Shown piece after piece: positions 13,969-27,900 of a stretch of 64,000 nucleotides of DNA (positions are counted from its first letter, which is position 1; each line of letters starts with the position of its first letter). A model generated the notes under the pieces. It did not search any database. It was given only the letters and a program-made list of their open reading frames with translations, and had not been told where the DNA came from. This DNA is from Paecilomyces variotii (taxonomy: Eukaryota), in assembly GCA_004022145.1 (NCBI GenBank), contig RCNU01000003.1. One strand, written 5' to 3'. The position numbers were made by a program, and so were the translations under genes.

Positions 13969-16203
13969 ATGGCGACCGAGCGCTCTTTAGCAAGGCTCTT
14001 GCGATCGCTTCAGACCGCGTCCGAGCTTGAAGACGCCTACGCGTAAGGAAGATAACCGGGAGAGCCGGAGTATATGAATTATTACTGACATGTGCTCAGA
14101 TTGCTTCCAACTGCGACCAGTTTCCTGGCGATTCTTACCAACCCCCTTAATGTGACCCTTCTTGCGTCTCAGCTGTTGAGCTCTCCTGCGATCTGGGATA
14201 ACCGGGTCGATCTGCAGACATGCCGCCGGATCATCAGCGTGTTTAACACAGCCGCAATTACCATCCTACAGCAGGAAGAAACAGATACGCCCAGAGCACC
14301 GTATGCGACACGGAAAGGTTTAGATCGCGAGGCTTGGGTGAAGGCTGTGGTAGCTGGAGCAGATGAGAGGTCTCCGCGATGGAGGCATCTGTTACTGCTT
14401 GGCGGGGTCCTGCTCGGGTTCGAAGGTCAGAACAGGCAGGGGCTGCCTTCACATATTCGGACGAAACTTGAGTCAGGACTAGTTAAAGCTACAGAGCTTT
14501 CATTAAATGAACTGAAACCGGTAGATGATATTGATGGATATGCTATAACAATGGTCTTGAACCACACATTCGAACTATTGTCGGATTTCGAAAGGAGCCA
14601 GCTCAGTTACGACCGTCTGCTTCCGGTCATGGTCCGCGCTACCTTCCTTTCAAAGGAGGGGCTTGAAGGGGGATACTTTTTGGGTGCAATCGATCGTGAC
14701 GTTGTTGAAGTCCCTGGCAAGAAGTTCCTGTGGTCGGCAGGATCAGCCAGTTATAGACATATGGAGGCCATCTCTTCCAAACCGCTAATATCCGCACTTG
14801 GGCCTCTGTCGCGACTGATCGCTTATGCGGTAGAGAATGTCCATGATCGCTCCATCATATCGGGAACCGTCGATTACTTGGCAGACTTCGTACGAACTTT
14901 GATAGTCCAATGGCGGCAAAACAAATTGTCGGAGATTGACAGATCCGAGGAAATTGATTTCTTGGAAGGAGAGTCTTTGAAGACGACCGTTCCTGCTCTC
15001 TGGAAACTGTTACGCACATGCATGTTTTCAATAACTATAGTTTTGCGGGCTGTTCTCGGGAGAGTCCTGAATGACCGCGTGTTGGCGGCCAATGGAAGTA
15101 AGTTCGCCTTGAAAATGCTCCTTCTGATTCATGTGATTGACTGTGCTAGGTGCTCCATTCTTATCGATGCAGGTTCTGCACATCCTTCGCAATCTTTACT
15201 TCGTGTCGTCACGCATCGGTCAAAACGCATCTTCTCAGTATTCGTTCGTGTACCTGACCGCCATCGATATATTATCGCAGTATACAGACCTCTCTGAGAA
15301 TTTCCTGCGGAGTATCAAGCCTGCTGAACTGGGTCAGATACCCGCGCATCCTCTGGAGAGAAGTCTGGATCTTTTCTTTCTAAATACGGCAGAGCACTTT
15401 ACTCTGACTGTGTCACCGGAAACAAGTGAAGAACTCCTTATTCCTGCTTCTCTCCCGTACCTTGCCAAGGGTGGAAACAACCATCTCTTGGAGATATTCG
15501 AGGCTGCCCACAGTGTCGTTCTCGCAGTGTTGGCAGCACCTAAGAGTGCCAAAATCGCAGCAAACCACCTACCGTTCTACATTGACAACCTCTTTGCCGT
15601 AAGCCTCCTGCGGTCTTGGTGATATTTCCATTGCTCACACCGATTTAGGTCTTCCCACAGAATCTCTCTACCCGCCAGTTCCGTCTGGCTTACAAGACTA
15701 TTCTTCGAATCACCGCTCCCCCCTCACCCCTGGCGAACAGCCAGCCACTTTTGCCTTCTACCCTCCTAGAGCTCCTTCACGATCGCGCACAACGAGCAAG
15801 TTCAGATCCTCTGACTCCACCGAAGCAGTCTTTGACAGCAGAAGACTTGACCAATCCCCCACCCCCGGTCTCCGAACAATCGGCTTTGACCCTTGCTTTG
15901 ATTGACTGTCTATGCTTCCTCCGGGTGGAAGATTTGGAGGAGTGGCTCCCTCTGACGGCTCATCTGATTAATAAGATTCAAAACCCCGATATGCGAGTCC
16001 CCTGTGTTGAGCGCTTCTGGGAAGCCCTCAGCGACGGTGAGATGGACGTTGAGCGTGCACATTTCTGCGTTCTTTGGTGGAGCACCAGAGGGGGTAGGGA
16101 GCTTGTCCTCTATGGTGCAGAGGGAGATGCAAGCCCCAACGTCGAAGATGGGCCGTACATGAGCGGCGCTATTGGCGGTGCTGCTCGCGAAAACAAGCTC
16201 TAA
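13969..16203 (+). CDS. pex8: Peroxin Pex8; 3 introns; C-terminal PTS1-like -NKL
   Basis: MATERSLARLL | LTNPLNVTLLASQLL, WRQNKLSEID, FEAAHSVVLAV, FPQNLSTRQFRLAY and WWSTRGGRE; the protein ends in ENKL*. Confidence 0.85.
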
Positions 16204-16614
16204 GACCGGGGAGGATCTGGTAACTTGCCACTGTCAATTTAGCCAAGGGTGTCTGGCGCTATATACATTATCTTCAACGTTTTCATTACACATGTAAATA
16301 TTATTTACTTCTATCACCGTCTACCGGGTATCCCAGTTGGGAAATACGGATATCCAAATCCAACGTGTTCTGATTCGACACATCAATAGTAACCTAATTC
16401 AATAGATATATCCATCCCATAAGCAGGCACGAGACATTCTGACATGTCCTTCAGATAGCAAACTCCAAGCCTTCAGGGTATCAAATTAAGAACCATCCTT
16501 CACATACACACAGAAAAGAAAAAGGCCTTCTTCAAGTCCACCAGAACCAACACTTATACCACATACCATGCAAAAGCGCAAGCAAACAAATCCTCACAAT
16601 CAGACCACACCCAT

Positions 16615-17358
16615 TCATACCACACTACTACCCCGTCGTCCACTAATCGCCAGCGACAAAACCCGCGACAAAATGCCCTTTTTGTCGTAATTCCCTCTTT
16701 CATCCTCCGACATGAACTCGCATTTCTCGATATCCCGCTCACGAGACATATCCATAATAGGAAAGGATTCGTATCCTTCCTTTGGAACGACCCTAAGATG
16801 ACGAGCCCGTGATAATTGGCGTTGCTGTTTCTGTCGATATTTAACGGTATTGTTATCCTTGCTCTTCTTCGCCGTAGAAGAGATCTGCTTTGTGAATTTT
16901 CGTGTCGTCACAGAACAAGGTATACTACTACTACCAATGATCTGCTGTGTAATACAACCTCGATCAGAACCAGCAGCAGAATCATTACAGAAACCCCTCC
17001 CTTTATCCCTGCTCTGCAAAGCACGAACTCTTCTCCGGAACCCAAATCCATCAAATTCATCCCATGCCCCATCTGGCGCTCGGGGCGGACCCATCACAAG
17101 TCGAACGTCCCTCTCGAGGACGCGATGAGATCGACAGGGCGCCGGGTCCTGAATGTCGGGAAAAGCGTAGAAGGACTTTCGACATAGGAATAGATGGCGC
17201 GGTGTGTATAGGGGGTTTGAGATGGTGTCGGTCGTGTATCGGCGATGAGTGGCTTTGAGGGTCTGTGGTGGAGGTTGGATGGGGAAGGATGGACAGATGT
17301 AGATGTGGGAAGTGGTGCAGCCGCAGGGTTTGTGGATGTGGCTGCGGCTGCGGCACAT
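16615..17358 (-). CDS. Hypothetical orphan protein (247 aa ORF)
   Basis: ATG-initiated 247-aa ORF behind an AT-rich upstream region; N-terminus MCRSRSHIHKPCGCTTSHIYICP; no family recognised. Confidence 0.4.
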   Translation of the reverse strand: MCRSRSHIHKPCGCTTSHIYICPSFPIQPPPQTLKATHRRYTTDTISNPLYTPRHLFLCRKSFYAFPDIQDPAPCRSHRVLERDVRLVMGPPRAPDGAWDEFDGFGFRRRVRALQSRDKGRGFCNDSAAGSDRGCITQQIIGSSSIPCSVTTRKFTKQISSTAKKSKDNNTVKYRQKQQRQLSRARHLRVVPKEGYESFPIMDMSRERDIEKCEFMSEDERGNYDKKGILSRVLSLAISGRRGSSVV

Positions 17359-18074
17359 TGTGTCTTTTTTTTTTTCTCTCTCTTTAGATATAGATTGTTT
17401 TGGTGGTTTGGTTGGTGGAATTAGGTTTCGATATTGAGAAGGTAGGTAGATGTAGTATACATCTACAGATGGTGGTGCTGGTGCGGGAGGTTGGTTTCAA
17501 ACTCTATGGTTGTTCCGGGTCTTGATTTGTGGTATTATATAATTCTGAGGGGGTTGATGTTGGGATATAATAAAGAATAAGTGGAGTCTCAAGTGATATG
17601 TCTTGTCAGTGATATAGAGAAATAAGGGTGTTTAAATAACTAATGATAATAGGGCAAGTTTGTTTGAGAAAGGGAATTCCTATCCCGTGTAACCATCTAG
17701 CCTGAAACGCTAGATGAGTTGGCAGGTAATGAAATGATTGCACTGATTGCTTGGTGAAAGGGCAAGTTTGTCAAAGATTGCCCTGGAGTAGTGACAGAAT
17801 GACTGTCAGCAGGAGTATTGACTTATTCAAATTAGAAATTAACTTAGTTGGACCATGTACCACTGGAAATGTTTCCGGCAAACGCTTAGAGCAGATTTAG
17901 AAACAAGACATTAGACAGCGGTCTATTTGCATGTAGGCTTGTATAATACCGATCACAAGAGTGGGCGTATCAACAGGAAAATGTCTTGAACATATGCAGT
18001 GGAAGATATTTGAAGGAATGATAGGGTTCTCGTATTGAGTCTTAGAGATCCATGTGATCATGCAATCATGGCAA

Positions 18075-19016
18075 TCAATGAATCCCGGGGATTCCAACAC
18101 CTGTGTGCTTTTTGTATTCTAGATATTCCTCACCGAAGAAGTGGATGAGGTACGCCTCCTCTCCTATGATTGTACCGAGGTCAACGTTTCCTGTCTTGAT
18201 TTGGTGTGGGGTGAGGGTTATAGCTAGCTTACTTTGTATTCGAGCGGAGAAGAACTTCCACAGGATGATGGCGTAGGTCCAGAAGCAGACCATGTTCCCC
18301 AGGACCAGCTGTGATCCTAATCCCCACCAGAAGAACCCGAAGTAGCTAGGGTGTCGAAACAAGCTGTACACACCGCTCTTCACCAATGTGTGTCCCTCCT
18401 TGCGCACCACCTGGACTGTGTGGTTGAAGTTGCTGCCAGCCTGGGCCATTGCCAGCGTCCTGAACACCTGGCCGACGATCATAAGAGCCAACCCCACTAA
18501 CACCTGCAGGTTGATTCCAGCGAATGTTATGGTCGTCCGTTCAAAGTAGCTCTCGGGAAGAAACAGACGAGAGAGTATGCATTCTGCCACGGCAGAGCCG
18601 TGCGCCACGTTATATGCCCATCCATTTGCGCTCAGGAGAAACGCAGAGATCGATGCATGGCGGGTATTGTATCGTGCCGTAACGTAGTATTCCAGGAAGT
18701 GGAAGAGACACAGAGCAGCTATGAAGAAGGGTACGCGCCATAGCGTGGTCGACAGCAACAACAGAAACACTGTCAGGCACGTAGACACCCCAAAGCCGAT
18801 TCCCAGGCAGAATGCCCTCAAGGATATCCCCGATAGAGACTTCTTCCCTCCCGGATAGTTGGACGGGTCAAGAGTCGAAGAAGGGTTTGCGGATCCGTCG
18901 CCGGCAGGTCGGACAGGCGGCCACTCTGTTCTCTCGACAGGACGTTCCATAGGCCATGAGATGTTGGAGTTGCCAGCATTCGGATCAGAGCCAGAAGAAG
19001 TTGCTGTGTTCGACAT
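18075..19016 (-). CDS. ste14: Isoprenylcysteine carboxyl methyltransferase; intron at 18164-18232
   Basis: LFHFLEY, RTLAMAQAGSNFNH, GVYSLFRHPSYFGFFWW and RI..EEAYLIHFFGEEY. Confidence 0.92.
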   Translation of the reverse strand: MSNTATSSGSDPNAGNSNISWPMERPVERTEWPPVRPAGDGSANPSSTLDPSNYPGGKKSLSGISLRAFCLGIGFGVSTCLTVFLLLLSTTLWRVPFFIAALCLFHFLEYYVTARYNTRHASISAFLLSANGWAYNVAHGSAVAECILSRLFLPESYFERTTITFAGINLQVLVGLALMIVGQVFRTLAMAQAGSNFNHTVQVVRKEGHTLVKSGVYSLFRHPSYFGFFWWGLGSQLVLGNMVCFWTYAIILWKFFSARIQSKLAITLTPHQIKTGNVDLGTIIGEEAYLIHFFGEEYLEYKKHTGVGIPGIH

Positions 19017-19602
19017 GATTATCGCGTGGGGGGAAGATCGTGGGGCAGCTTATCGCTGAAACGATGATCTTAAGTAGACGGTCAGGGTACCTCAACGACT
19101 TGAGTAGAAGCAATTGTAAAGATGAACATAAGGCCAAGCCAAAGAAGTGCCCATTGAGTCTATGTGCGACCTACTCTCTGCCTATCCGACTCCAGCAGCC
19201 CGGGGAGCGTAGGTATTTTTCTGGCTTTTCAGCGTATCGCGCCGACACGCGACCCAACGGGCTTAATGTTGTCACTTGTTGCTGTCAGTGCTTGGCGGAC
19301 CGGAGCTCATGTGGAACCGTCAACGGCTAAGGCCGCCTGAACCCTGAAGGGTCAGACTAACTAGTCTATCTAGTGTACGTGGCTACAAGGAGTGAAGAGT
19401 CCGATGGAAAGCTCCATGATAGCTTGTACCATCTGCTGGTTGCCTCGATAACTAGATCGTGCGGTATTACCTTGCATTGGGCCCAGGGGCAACTACCGTC
19501 TCCTTTCAGCATCGACTACTATCTATCTACGAGACATACTCATTGTTACTTACGGCGGGTCCTGTCGAATTTCCTTCTCCGGCTAGAAAGATATCTAGGA
19601 AG

Positions 19603-20449
19603 ATGTCCGACTCCACAGAAAAGGATAAGATGCTCCGTGGAGAACTGTTCCATGCCTTTACCCCGGAGCTAGTAGCCGCACGGGCACGCTGCAAACATGC
19701 CTGTACCAGGTACAACAATGCAGGCGATGTTCCACGCCGACGGTTGGTCGAGCTTTGGAGAGAGTGAGTAGCAGTACTAGTGGTCGACAGTTCGTCCATT
19801 CTTTCTTTATTCTTTTTGATTCTTATCTCCGAAATCCCCAGATGATCTGGTGCTATTCCCCAAACTAGAACTGGCTAGCCACGTTCTCTTCAATGAAGCT
19901 AATTCTCGACGGACAGCATCGTGGAGGATAAGACGCCTCTTCCTGAGCCAGTAGCCGATCCGGTCCAGGACGAACTACAGTTTCAACATGAGCCTTGGGT
20001 TGAACCACCGATCCGTATCGACTATGGATTCAATGTGAAGCTGGGACAGGGCGTTTTTATCAATTTCAACTGCGTCATCATCGACACATGCCTAGTCACA
20101 ATTGGCTCCCGGACTATGTTTGGTCCCAATGTCAGTCTCTTCAGCGGTACGCATCCGCTCGATCCTGCACTGAGAAATGGTACAGAGGGTCCAGAGTTAG
20201 GCAAAGAGATTCATATTGGTGAAGATTGCTGGATTGGAGGCAATGTTATCATCTTGCCGGGGGTTACTATAGGCAAAGGAGCCACCATCGGTGCAGGAAG
20301 TGTGGTAACGAAGGTGGGATAAGACGACAACCGAAGATTTCAGTGACATCGCTGACAAATGCTCTTCACAGAATGTGCCTGCTTTCCATCTTGCCGTTGG
20401 CAACCCGGCAAGGGTCATCAGGAAAATCGAGACTTCTATGACTGACTGA
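19603..20449 (+). CDS. Maltose/galactoside O-acetyltransferase (hexapeptide-repeat, LpxA-like fold); 2 introns
   Basis: EKDKMLRGELF, EPPIRIDYGFN, IGEDCWIGGNVIILPGVTIG and GAGSVVTK|NVP..GNPARVIR. Confidence 0.9.
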
Positions 20450-21937
20450 TCAGCACGTGGCCACTAGGAGTCATCATATTCTTTCTAGATGTATGAGATG
20501 GATAAACTGAATCGCAATCAGCAGCACTTCTAGAGAAACCGTTTAGTTGACTGCTCTATCTGTATGCTTCCGCGGGTACGTCTTGAGCGACAAGAGTTTA
20601 GCATTGCATTGCCTGGAAAAGAATCTCGATAGAGGTTGCTATTTGTATATAAATGGCTAGACATGAAAAGTCTCAGAATTTCTAGTCCATCATCCTGCTA
20701 AATTTGTGGTGTTACATACCTCATATGGCTCTCATTTGTATCAGGTGTATATGCTATTGCGCGGGGGAGACTAAGGAACATGTGGGGTCAATGTGGCTTC
20801 TGGAACAGCGGTTCGGTACCAGGGCACATTAATCAAGGACTCTTAAGCCTTATGCCCCTGATGTCCATACAAGCCAGCATATTGCATCCGAAAGGTCAAT
20901 GCGCTGGTTTACGACAGCAGGCCAGGATCGAGAGCGGTGCTATGACAATAAGCGCCCATAGCGTAATACTTACTTACAGTACCCGGCAGTCCTTTGTCTT
21001 GTGGAGGGATCTCAAAACGCGTCTTGAGGGTGGTGATGTGATCCCCCAGCGTCAATCCGTACGGACACCAGAGAAGTGGTATCTCAAGTACGAGTGTTTT
21101 TGTAACCATTTATCCTGGTTGCCGTTGTAAATCATGAGAATGGCCGTAGTAAACGTACAGGCGTAATTGGGTGCGCGGCAAGGCTGGCCAACATCAGTCC
21201 CTGGGCGTGTAGGGAAACCAATCGGCAGCCCGCGATACCTTAGGCTTGGCGGCTGGGCAAGCCCGCTGCCTGGACTCTGGAGCTTCTGGCAGTAGTAGTG
21301 GTGGGTACGCCAGCGTGTGGGAAAAAAACAGATCCTCCAGCAGCTGCGGACTCACTAAAGGGCTAGCTGGGATTTTTTTGAGCTATGGCTAGGTAAAAAA
21401 AAAAGAACAAGCTGAATGAGCCACGACAGATATCCTTCTCAGATTGCCTTATTTACATATCATTGATCAGGGTACCGCTGTTTCTGTGTATTACCCTCAG
21501 AGCACCCATGGCCCGAGTGTCCCTGTTCCGCCACCTCCAACTCTGATTCCTTTAGCATTCATCTTGCTGTGAACAAACACTACAGCGCGCTGGCTGCTCT
21601 AGCTTCTCCCCGGCTGCCACTTTTTTCCCTTCTGGACTGCTCTAGAGTGAGCTTGGTGATTAAGGTAGTGGTCCCCGCTGTTTGTCCACGCCAGAGCCTG
21701 TCCAATTCGTCACTGCGGCTGTATCTCTCCGCCCGCACGTCAGTGCGATACTTACTGCTCACTCCAGCTGCTCTCCGCAACTTTGAGGCCGCTGCCTGAT
21801 TTCTCTTCTCCCACAACACACTACCACTTCACCAGGCTTCCGCCGTGAACTCTGGGAAGTTCCGTCTTCTTTCCTCTTTCCCTCGAACCCTCACTTGCTT
21901 GTCTCCGACAACTCTCAGGTGGGGTAAAAAAAATGCC

Positions 21938-24900
21938 ATGGCAGGTGCTCCGCTAGAGAGCTCTAGCACCCCGCCTGATATCATATCAACACCACCTCAC
22001 CAGACAGGCTCGCACAGTATCTCCATGGACGATACTGATCCACAGGCTACGCGGAAACGACCCCGTCTCGACAGTGGCAGTGGTGCTCGCGAGTCGATGT
22101 CGACGCCCGGCTCTCCCAGCGATCCAGTGCCCGAGCAGGCTGCGGCTTCTCCCACCGCGGACCAGGAAGCTCTTGCCCAACAGCGTCCAGCGAGCAGGGT
22201 GACAATCAACATGAAGTCCCCCGCGACGGTAAAATCCGACTCCGCGACCGTGGAGTCTCAGCCCGAGCAGTCCGACGCCTCCCCGCTCCCCCGTCCGAGA
22301 CAGTCCGCAGAGATCAATCCGCAGTCGTCAGCAGCCATCTCGATATCGTCCTCTCCCACACAGAGTCCCGAGATCGAGGTCGCCGATGTGGAGGAGATGG
22401 ACCAGGATCCCACCACAACAAATTGGAGGTCGTTGGGTGATGCACTCCGGGGTCAAGCTGCTACTGAAGTCGTACGGCTGCATGAACAGCTATCGCTACC
22501 AGAGGCCTTTCCTAAACTGCGAGGAAATCTGGAACTTCGGGAGGCCATAGAGGAGATGGGCGCGTTGATTGAAAAAGGTAACGTACCACAGCATGAGTCA
22601 CCTACGATAAATGCATACTGAACTCCCATCTGTCTAGGCCATCCACACGATGCAGCGATCTTTGTCGCCATCAAGAATTGGCTCATCGACGATTGTTTAA
22701 ACAATCTGGAACTGATCACTCTTGATACCTTCCTTGAGGAACGGGAGTTTTGGGAAGAGCTTCCTACAGTAGTGGAGGGGCTTTTACGAAGAGGGTAAAC
22801 GCCATCTAGACTCCTTGCGATTGTCACAGCAATGCTGACAGGTACGCAGACTAGATTTTCAGCCCAATGATGGGAACGGCACATGGAGATGTCTGGAGGA
22901 CTTTCTGCTTGCCTTCGCTCAGTTGGCGTTACACCTGCTCCGCCTAGATACCTTAACCCTACAGAAGTACCTTGAGGAGAAAGATGCCCCAGCGCCAGAA
23001 TTAATGTCGAGGGTCTATTTACCGTCGCTTGGCTGGATCTTGCAGACGGCTTCCATTCCATTTTATCGAACAATGGACAGACTGTATAGCTCTGAGCTCG
23101 GAACCCTCGTAGCTCGCCTCAACGATCAGGTCGCCGCGTCTCCATTCAATGCGATGCAGCGTCTATCTGAGTTCAACTCGCGTCTCATGGAGGCGCTTCC
23201 CCGATGGCCACACTTGGCACCCTTTCTGGTGGCCGTCGTTACCATCACTCATAGCATGGTAGAATCAGGCAATGAACGAAAGAAGCTCTCCGCTGATGAC
23301 ACCCTTCTGGAATCTCCCGTTTTAGTGCAAACAAGAAAGGCAGCTTATACTCTGATTAGGACCATTGACGATCAGTACCAAGAGCATATATCCAAGAAGT
23401 CGCCCTGGATCACGAGTGATACGAGCGAATCCGTACTCCGCTATATCTCTCTAACCTACTATAGCCTATCCAGCCAGGTTGACGACATGGCCCTACAAAT
23501 CGCCCAGGACTTGTCAATACGTTTCCCGGAGAATGCAACGGCCTCCGATTACCCACAGATAATACATTGGGCTTGGAAGTTTGCTCTACTCAAGAAAAAT
23601 GTCATGGAAGGGCGGATGGAGCTCAGAGTTCATGGGATGGAGACCATGCAAAACGATCTTGTGAATCTTTGGAGGCAGCATATCCAGAATAACCCCGCGG
23701 GGATCGACTATCCCATCACTCAGTACATGGTGAGGTTTCTGAGAGAGAACAAGATCGTCGAATATATCGTCGGCGTCGGCTCTCATCCTCAGTTGATCAG
23801 TCGAAGCGGGAATATTGTCGGTTTCCTGGTCGTGACCTCAACCTACACTGATAAAGATACGGACACCATCTGGCATGCTGTCACCGAGAGCCAGGACCCG
23901 AGAATCGTGGGCGAGATTCTGGGTATGCTCACGCGCACTTTTGCCATGCACCAGGCTTCTTCTAATGCGCTCCTCTATCTTTGTTCCAAATTGCTCGAGC
24001 TCCCACTCGAGCGGTTTGATGCACGAATGGTTGACTTTTGCGAACAACTTCTCCACAACGTGCGAGAAAAACACAGCGAGAGAAGTCGACATGAGCCGCT
24101 AGAGATGATGCATGTAGATGCGATCCCACTGCGGCTCTGCGTGCGATTGATTCGCGAGACTACCGCGCTCGAGGGTTCCTCTGATGAACACAAAGCTTTC
24201 TTGCAGAAGTTTGCCAGCACGCAACTCAGCTTGTTCCTCAGTATCGGCTTGACTGCATCGGACAAGATGGACATGTACGAACGATGCATCCATGACATCG
24301 CCGAAATGAATCAATATACGGTGGGAAGCATACAAGCGCTGAATGCCCTTCTTCCTGCCTACGATCCACAGGAAATCCGAAAACTCGCATTGGATTTTGA
24401 CCTGACCTATCTAGTGATCAGTGAGTTAGCTCATGCTCTGGATACGGTGCAGTCAGATTTCAGTGACTCCTTCTCAAAAAACGGACTTTTCTCGCGCATT
24501 CAATTACTCCACCGCCTCATCGACAAGGTTCCAGACACGCTCACGCCAGATCTCAGTGATACGCTTTGGCACAAAATCTTGATGTCAAATAAAGTAGTTG
24601 ATCTGGGAAGGAAAGCTTTGTGGGACATGTTGTGTAAAGTGGCGGCCCGGTGTGGGAAGAGAAACCCGTTCATCGAACGCTGCATTCACGAATATATTCC
24701 CAGTCTCTCGCCGGTGGATTACTCGCAAGAAGTCCTAGCTTTTGCAGAGCATACCATTGGCTATGAGATTCGCTTCAATCCTCCGTCTATCGCCGGTGAA
24801 GGCGAGATCATTTCGATACCAGGAATGGATCGGATATGGCACTTCATCCTGACGGCTCCACCGGGCACAATTGAGGCGAAAGCCACGAGCTACGCTATTG

Positions 24901-27900
24901 AAGTTTACCTCGATCATGTACTGATCAGGAGAGCTCCACGATCAGCATCGGAGGCAACACATATCTCTCTTGTTGATCGTTCCGTAGAACAACTGAGATC
25001 TGCAGCTACGAAGTTGAAGTCTTTCAGTGACGGTTCTGCCAGTGGCGAAGATGAGCCGATGGTCATTGTGGCTGCAGAAGGAGAGATACGCCAAGAAGAA
25101 CTCAGATTTAGCCGGTCTCTGTTGTTTCTACGCCAGTTTCTCCAAGGCTTACGCAGTAGACCGCAATACAGCCCTCCACAGATATCTCCACCTGAGCTCC
25201 CTGAGAGGACAGGCAAAGGCGAGGTCATTGAGATCACGTATCAGTGTTTCAGTGGCGGTGCCCCATCCAAGATGCGCACTCTTGCCATTGGGGATCTCTC
25301 TACCGCTTCCGAGCTGGTAGACAGACTTGTCCGGCTTACCGGGTTCACCAAGTTCGACACTATCTATGGGGGACAGAAGATTGATCTGCTAAGCGCACCA
25401 CAACGCACTCTCCGAGAGCTGAAACTCCGGTCAGGACTGCTAATTGTCAGGAGAGTGGGAGAAGCTCAGGAAGCTTCTATTCCCGGCAGACGACACTCCC
25501 TCACTCTGGTAGATTCGGAGGTCCTGAAACATTTTGACGACCTCTATGACTTGCTAGGTCTCGAGGATAAACTAGCTCGAGAGATATATGACTTCCTCGT
25601 CGTCTTCCCACCGCAAAAACGTGTACGTGACTTGGTAAGGTCTGAGGCAAACACCGCGGAAGAAATCTTTCCTATGGATAAGCCATACAAACTGCTCTAT
25701 TCTGTCAACGCCCTTACGACATGCCTAAGGGAGGAGTCGACCGAGGAAGAACCGAACCGAGCCTTCCTCCATCATAGCATACAATGTCTGGTTGCGGCGC
25801 TGACTCGCCCCGAACTGTCCGAAAATATGCAAGAGAGCTCTCTGAAACTTTTGTTCGCTTGCAATTTCGTTGAAAGTTTGCTGGTCGCTCTCTCCGTGCG
25901 CTCTGTCCCTGGAGATAGCTCACTTAGGCTATCTGATCCAACGGACTTGGTTAGACAGTTGCTCAAATTTATAAGCACGGCACAGAGTCTAAAAGCGAAT
26001 GTTCTCTCTGAGACGGCTGTTCAGAAACTCATTTGCAACTCGTTTGCCGTGCTTATCGAAGGGTCTTTACATGACAACGTGTTTTGGGAGATTGTCAAGC
26101 AAAATGCGCAGTTTGAGAAACTCATCTTCGCATTACTTTTGAACGAATCTCGTCAACCCATTCGAAAAGAAATTGCAGATAATATTGCCATTATCTGCGG
26201 TCCAACGAAATCGCGGAAGAACTCGAAGACTGTGAATAACGAGACTGAAAGACTCGATCCCTCACAAAACTTTACCGTGGTTGACATCCTGGCAACACTT
26301 TGGGCCGCGTTTGCACAGAACTTCGATCGAACACCTCAGTATATGCATCATTCTCGGGAATTTTTCGAAGTAGCTCTTTCGGTTTTCCGCTCCGTTGCCG
26401 AAAAGTCTCCTCGTGATCTTGTCTTCGGAGAGTATCTTGCTCAGTGGAGCGCGATCATGCTGAGCCATAAGACAGAAGAGTTTGTAGGTCGTGAGACCGT
26501 CGACCATGTGGTCTTGGGCTTTGCGCGTCTCATAAGGCTGTGTTTGGAACTGGCAGAAATAACAGAGACGACCGTCAATCCCTCCGACATCATGGAGAAT
26601 GTATTCAACAATTACCTCTTCCCAGATTTGTCTGCTCCTAGCGAAGGAGCCATGGCCCCCCAAGTGCCCGTCATGCATACTGAAACACGTCAGGAGCTCT
26701 ACAACATCCTTGTCTTGCTTTCCAAGAACGATGAGAATTACCCGAAAATCATCGAACTACTGGAAGACCTCATTCCTCAGGACTATACATACGCTCCGAA
26801 TTGGTGTTTCGAGCGACAAAAGACCATTCGGTCCCCGGAGGGATACGCAGGACTTAAGAATTTGTCCAATACTTGCTACCTCAACTCCCTGTTCACGCAA
26901 CTTTTCATGAATGTTGGGTTCCGCGATTTCATGCTTCAGCTTCAGGTGGAGGAGCCAAGCGGCTCACAGAGGCTCCTTGATGAGACCAAGAAAATTTTTG
27001 CTAATATGCAAGAGACTTGGTTCAAGAGCGTCGACACACAAGGCGCAGTGGATTCCATTCGGACTTACGACAATGAACCCATTGATATCACTATTCAGAT
27101 GGATGTGGACGAATTCTACAATCTGCTTTTCGACAGATGGGAAGCCCAGATTATCGATGCAGAACAGAAGAAGAAATTCCGCTCCTTCTACGGTGGACAG
27201 TTAGTCCAGCAAATTAAGTCGAAGGAGTGTCCTCACATATCTGAGCGACTGGAGCCATTTTCTGCCATCCAGTGTGAGATCAAGGGCAAGGCAAGTTTGG
27301 AAGATAGCCTTAAGGCGTATGTGGAAGGTGAGATAATGCAAGGAGATAACAAATATTCTTGCACGTCATGCGGACGCCATGTCGACGCTGTGAAGAGAGC
27401 ATGTCTCAAAGACCTTCCCGACAATCTGATCTTCCATCTGAAGCGCTTCGATTTCGACATGCTTACTATGATGCGGAGCAAAATAAATGACGAGTTCCAA
27501 TTTCCTGAGCGAATTGACATGACGCCGTTCAAAGTGGAGTATCTCTCAGATCCAAATGCGTCTGTTCCGCAGGACGTGTTTGAACTGGTCGGCGTTCTAG
27601 TGCACAGCGGAACAGCTGAATCAGGCCATTACTACTCTTATATTCGGGAGCGACCAACAGCAGATGCAGCTGGGTCCTGGGTCGAATTTAACGATGCAGA
27701 CGTTAGCCGTTTTGACCCCTCAAAAATCGCCGATCAGTGTTTTGGTGGTCTGAACGATTCGCTTCATGGCCCGGCTGTTGGGCAAGTGCGATTTAACAAA
27801 GTCTGGAATGCCTATATGTTATTCTACCAACGCGTTTCAAGCATGGAAGCGGCAAGGGATATCTATGAGCCAGAGAAAAGCGATATTCCAGTGCGGGTTC

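Noticed and set aside
18164-18232. Stop-free 69-nt intron in ste14
   Set aside because: It has normal length and a strong GTAAGC donor. Retention would split the conserved RI..EE motif, and short stop-free 3n introns arise often by chance.
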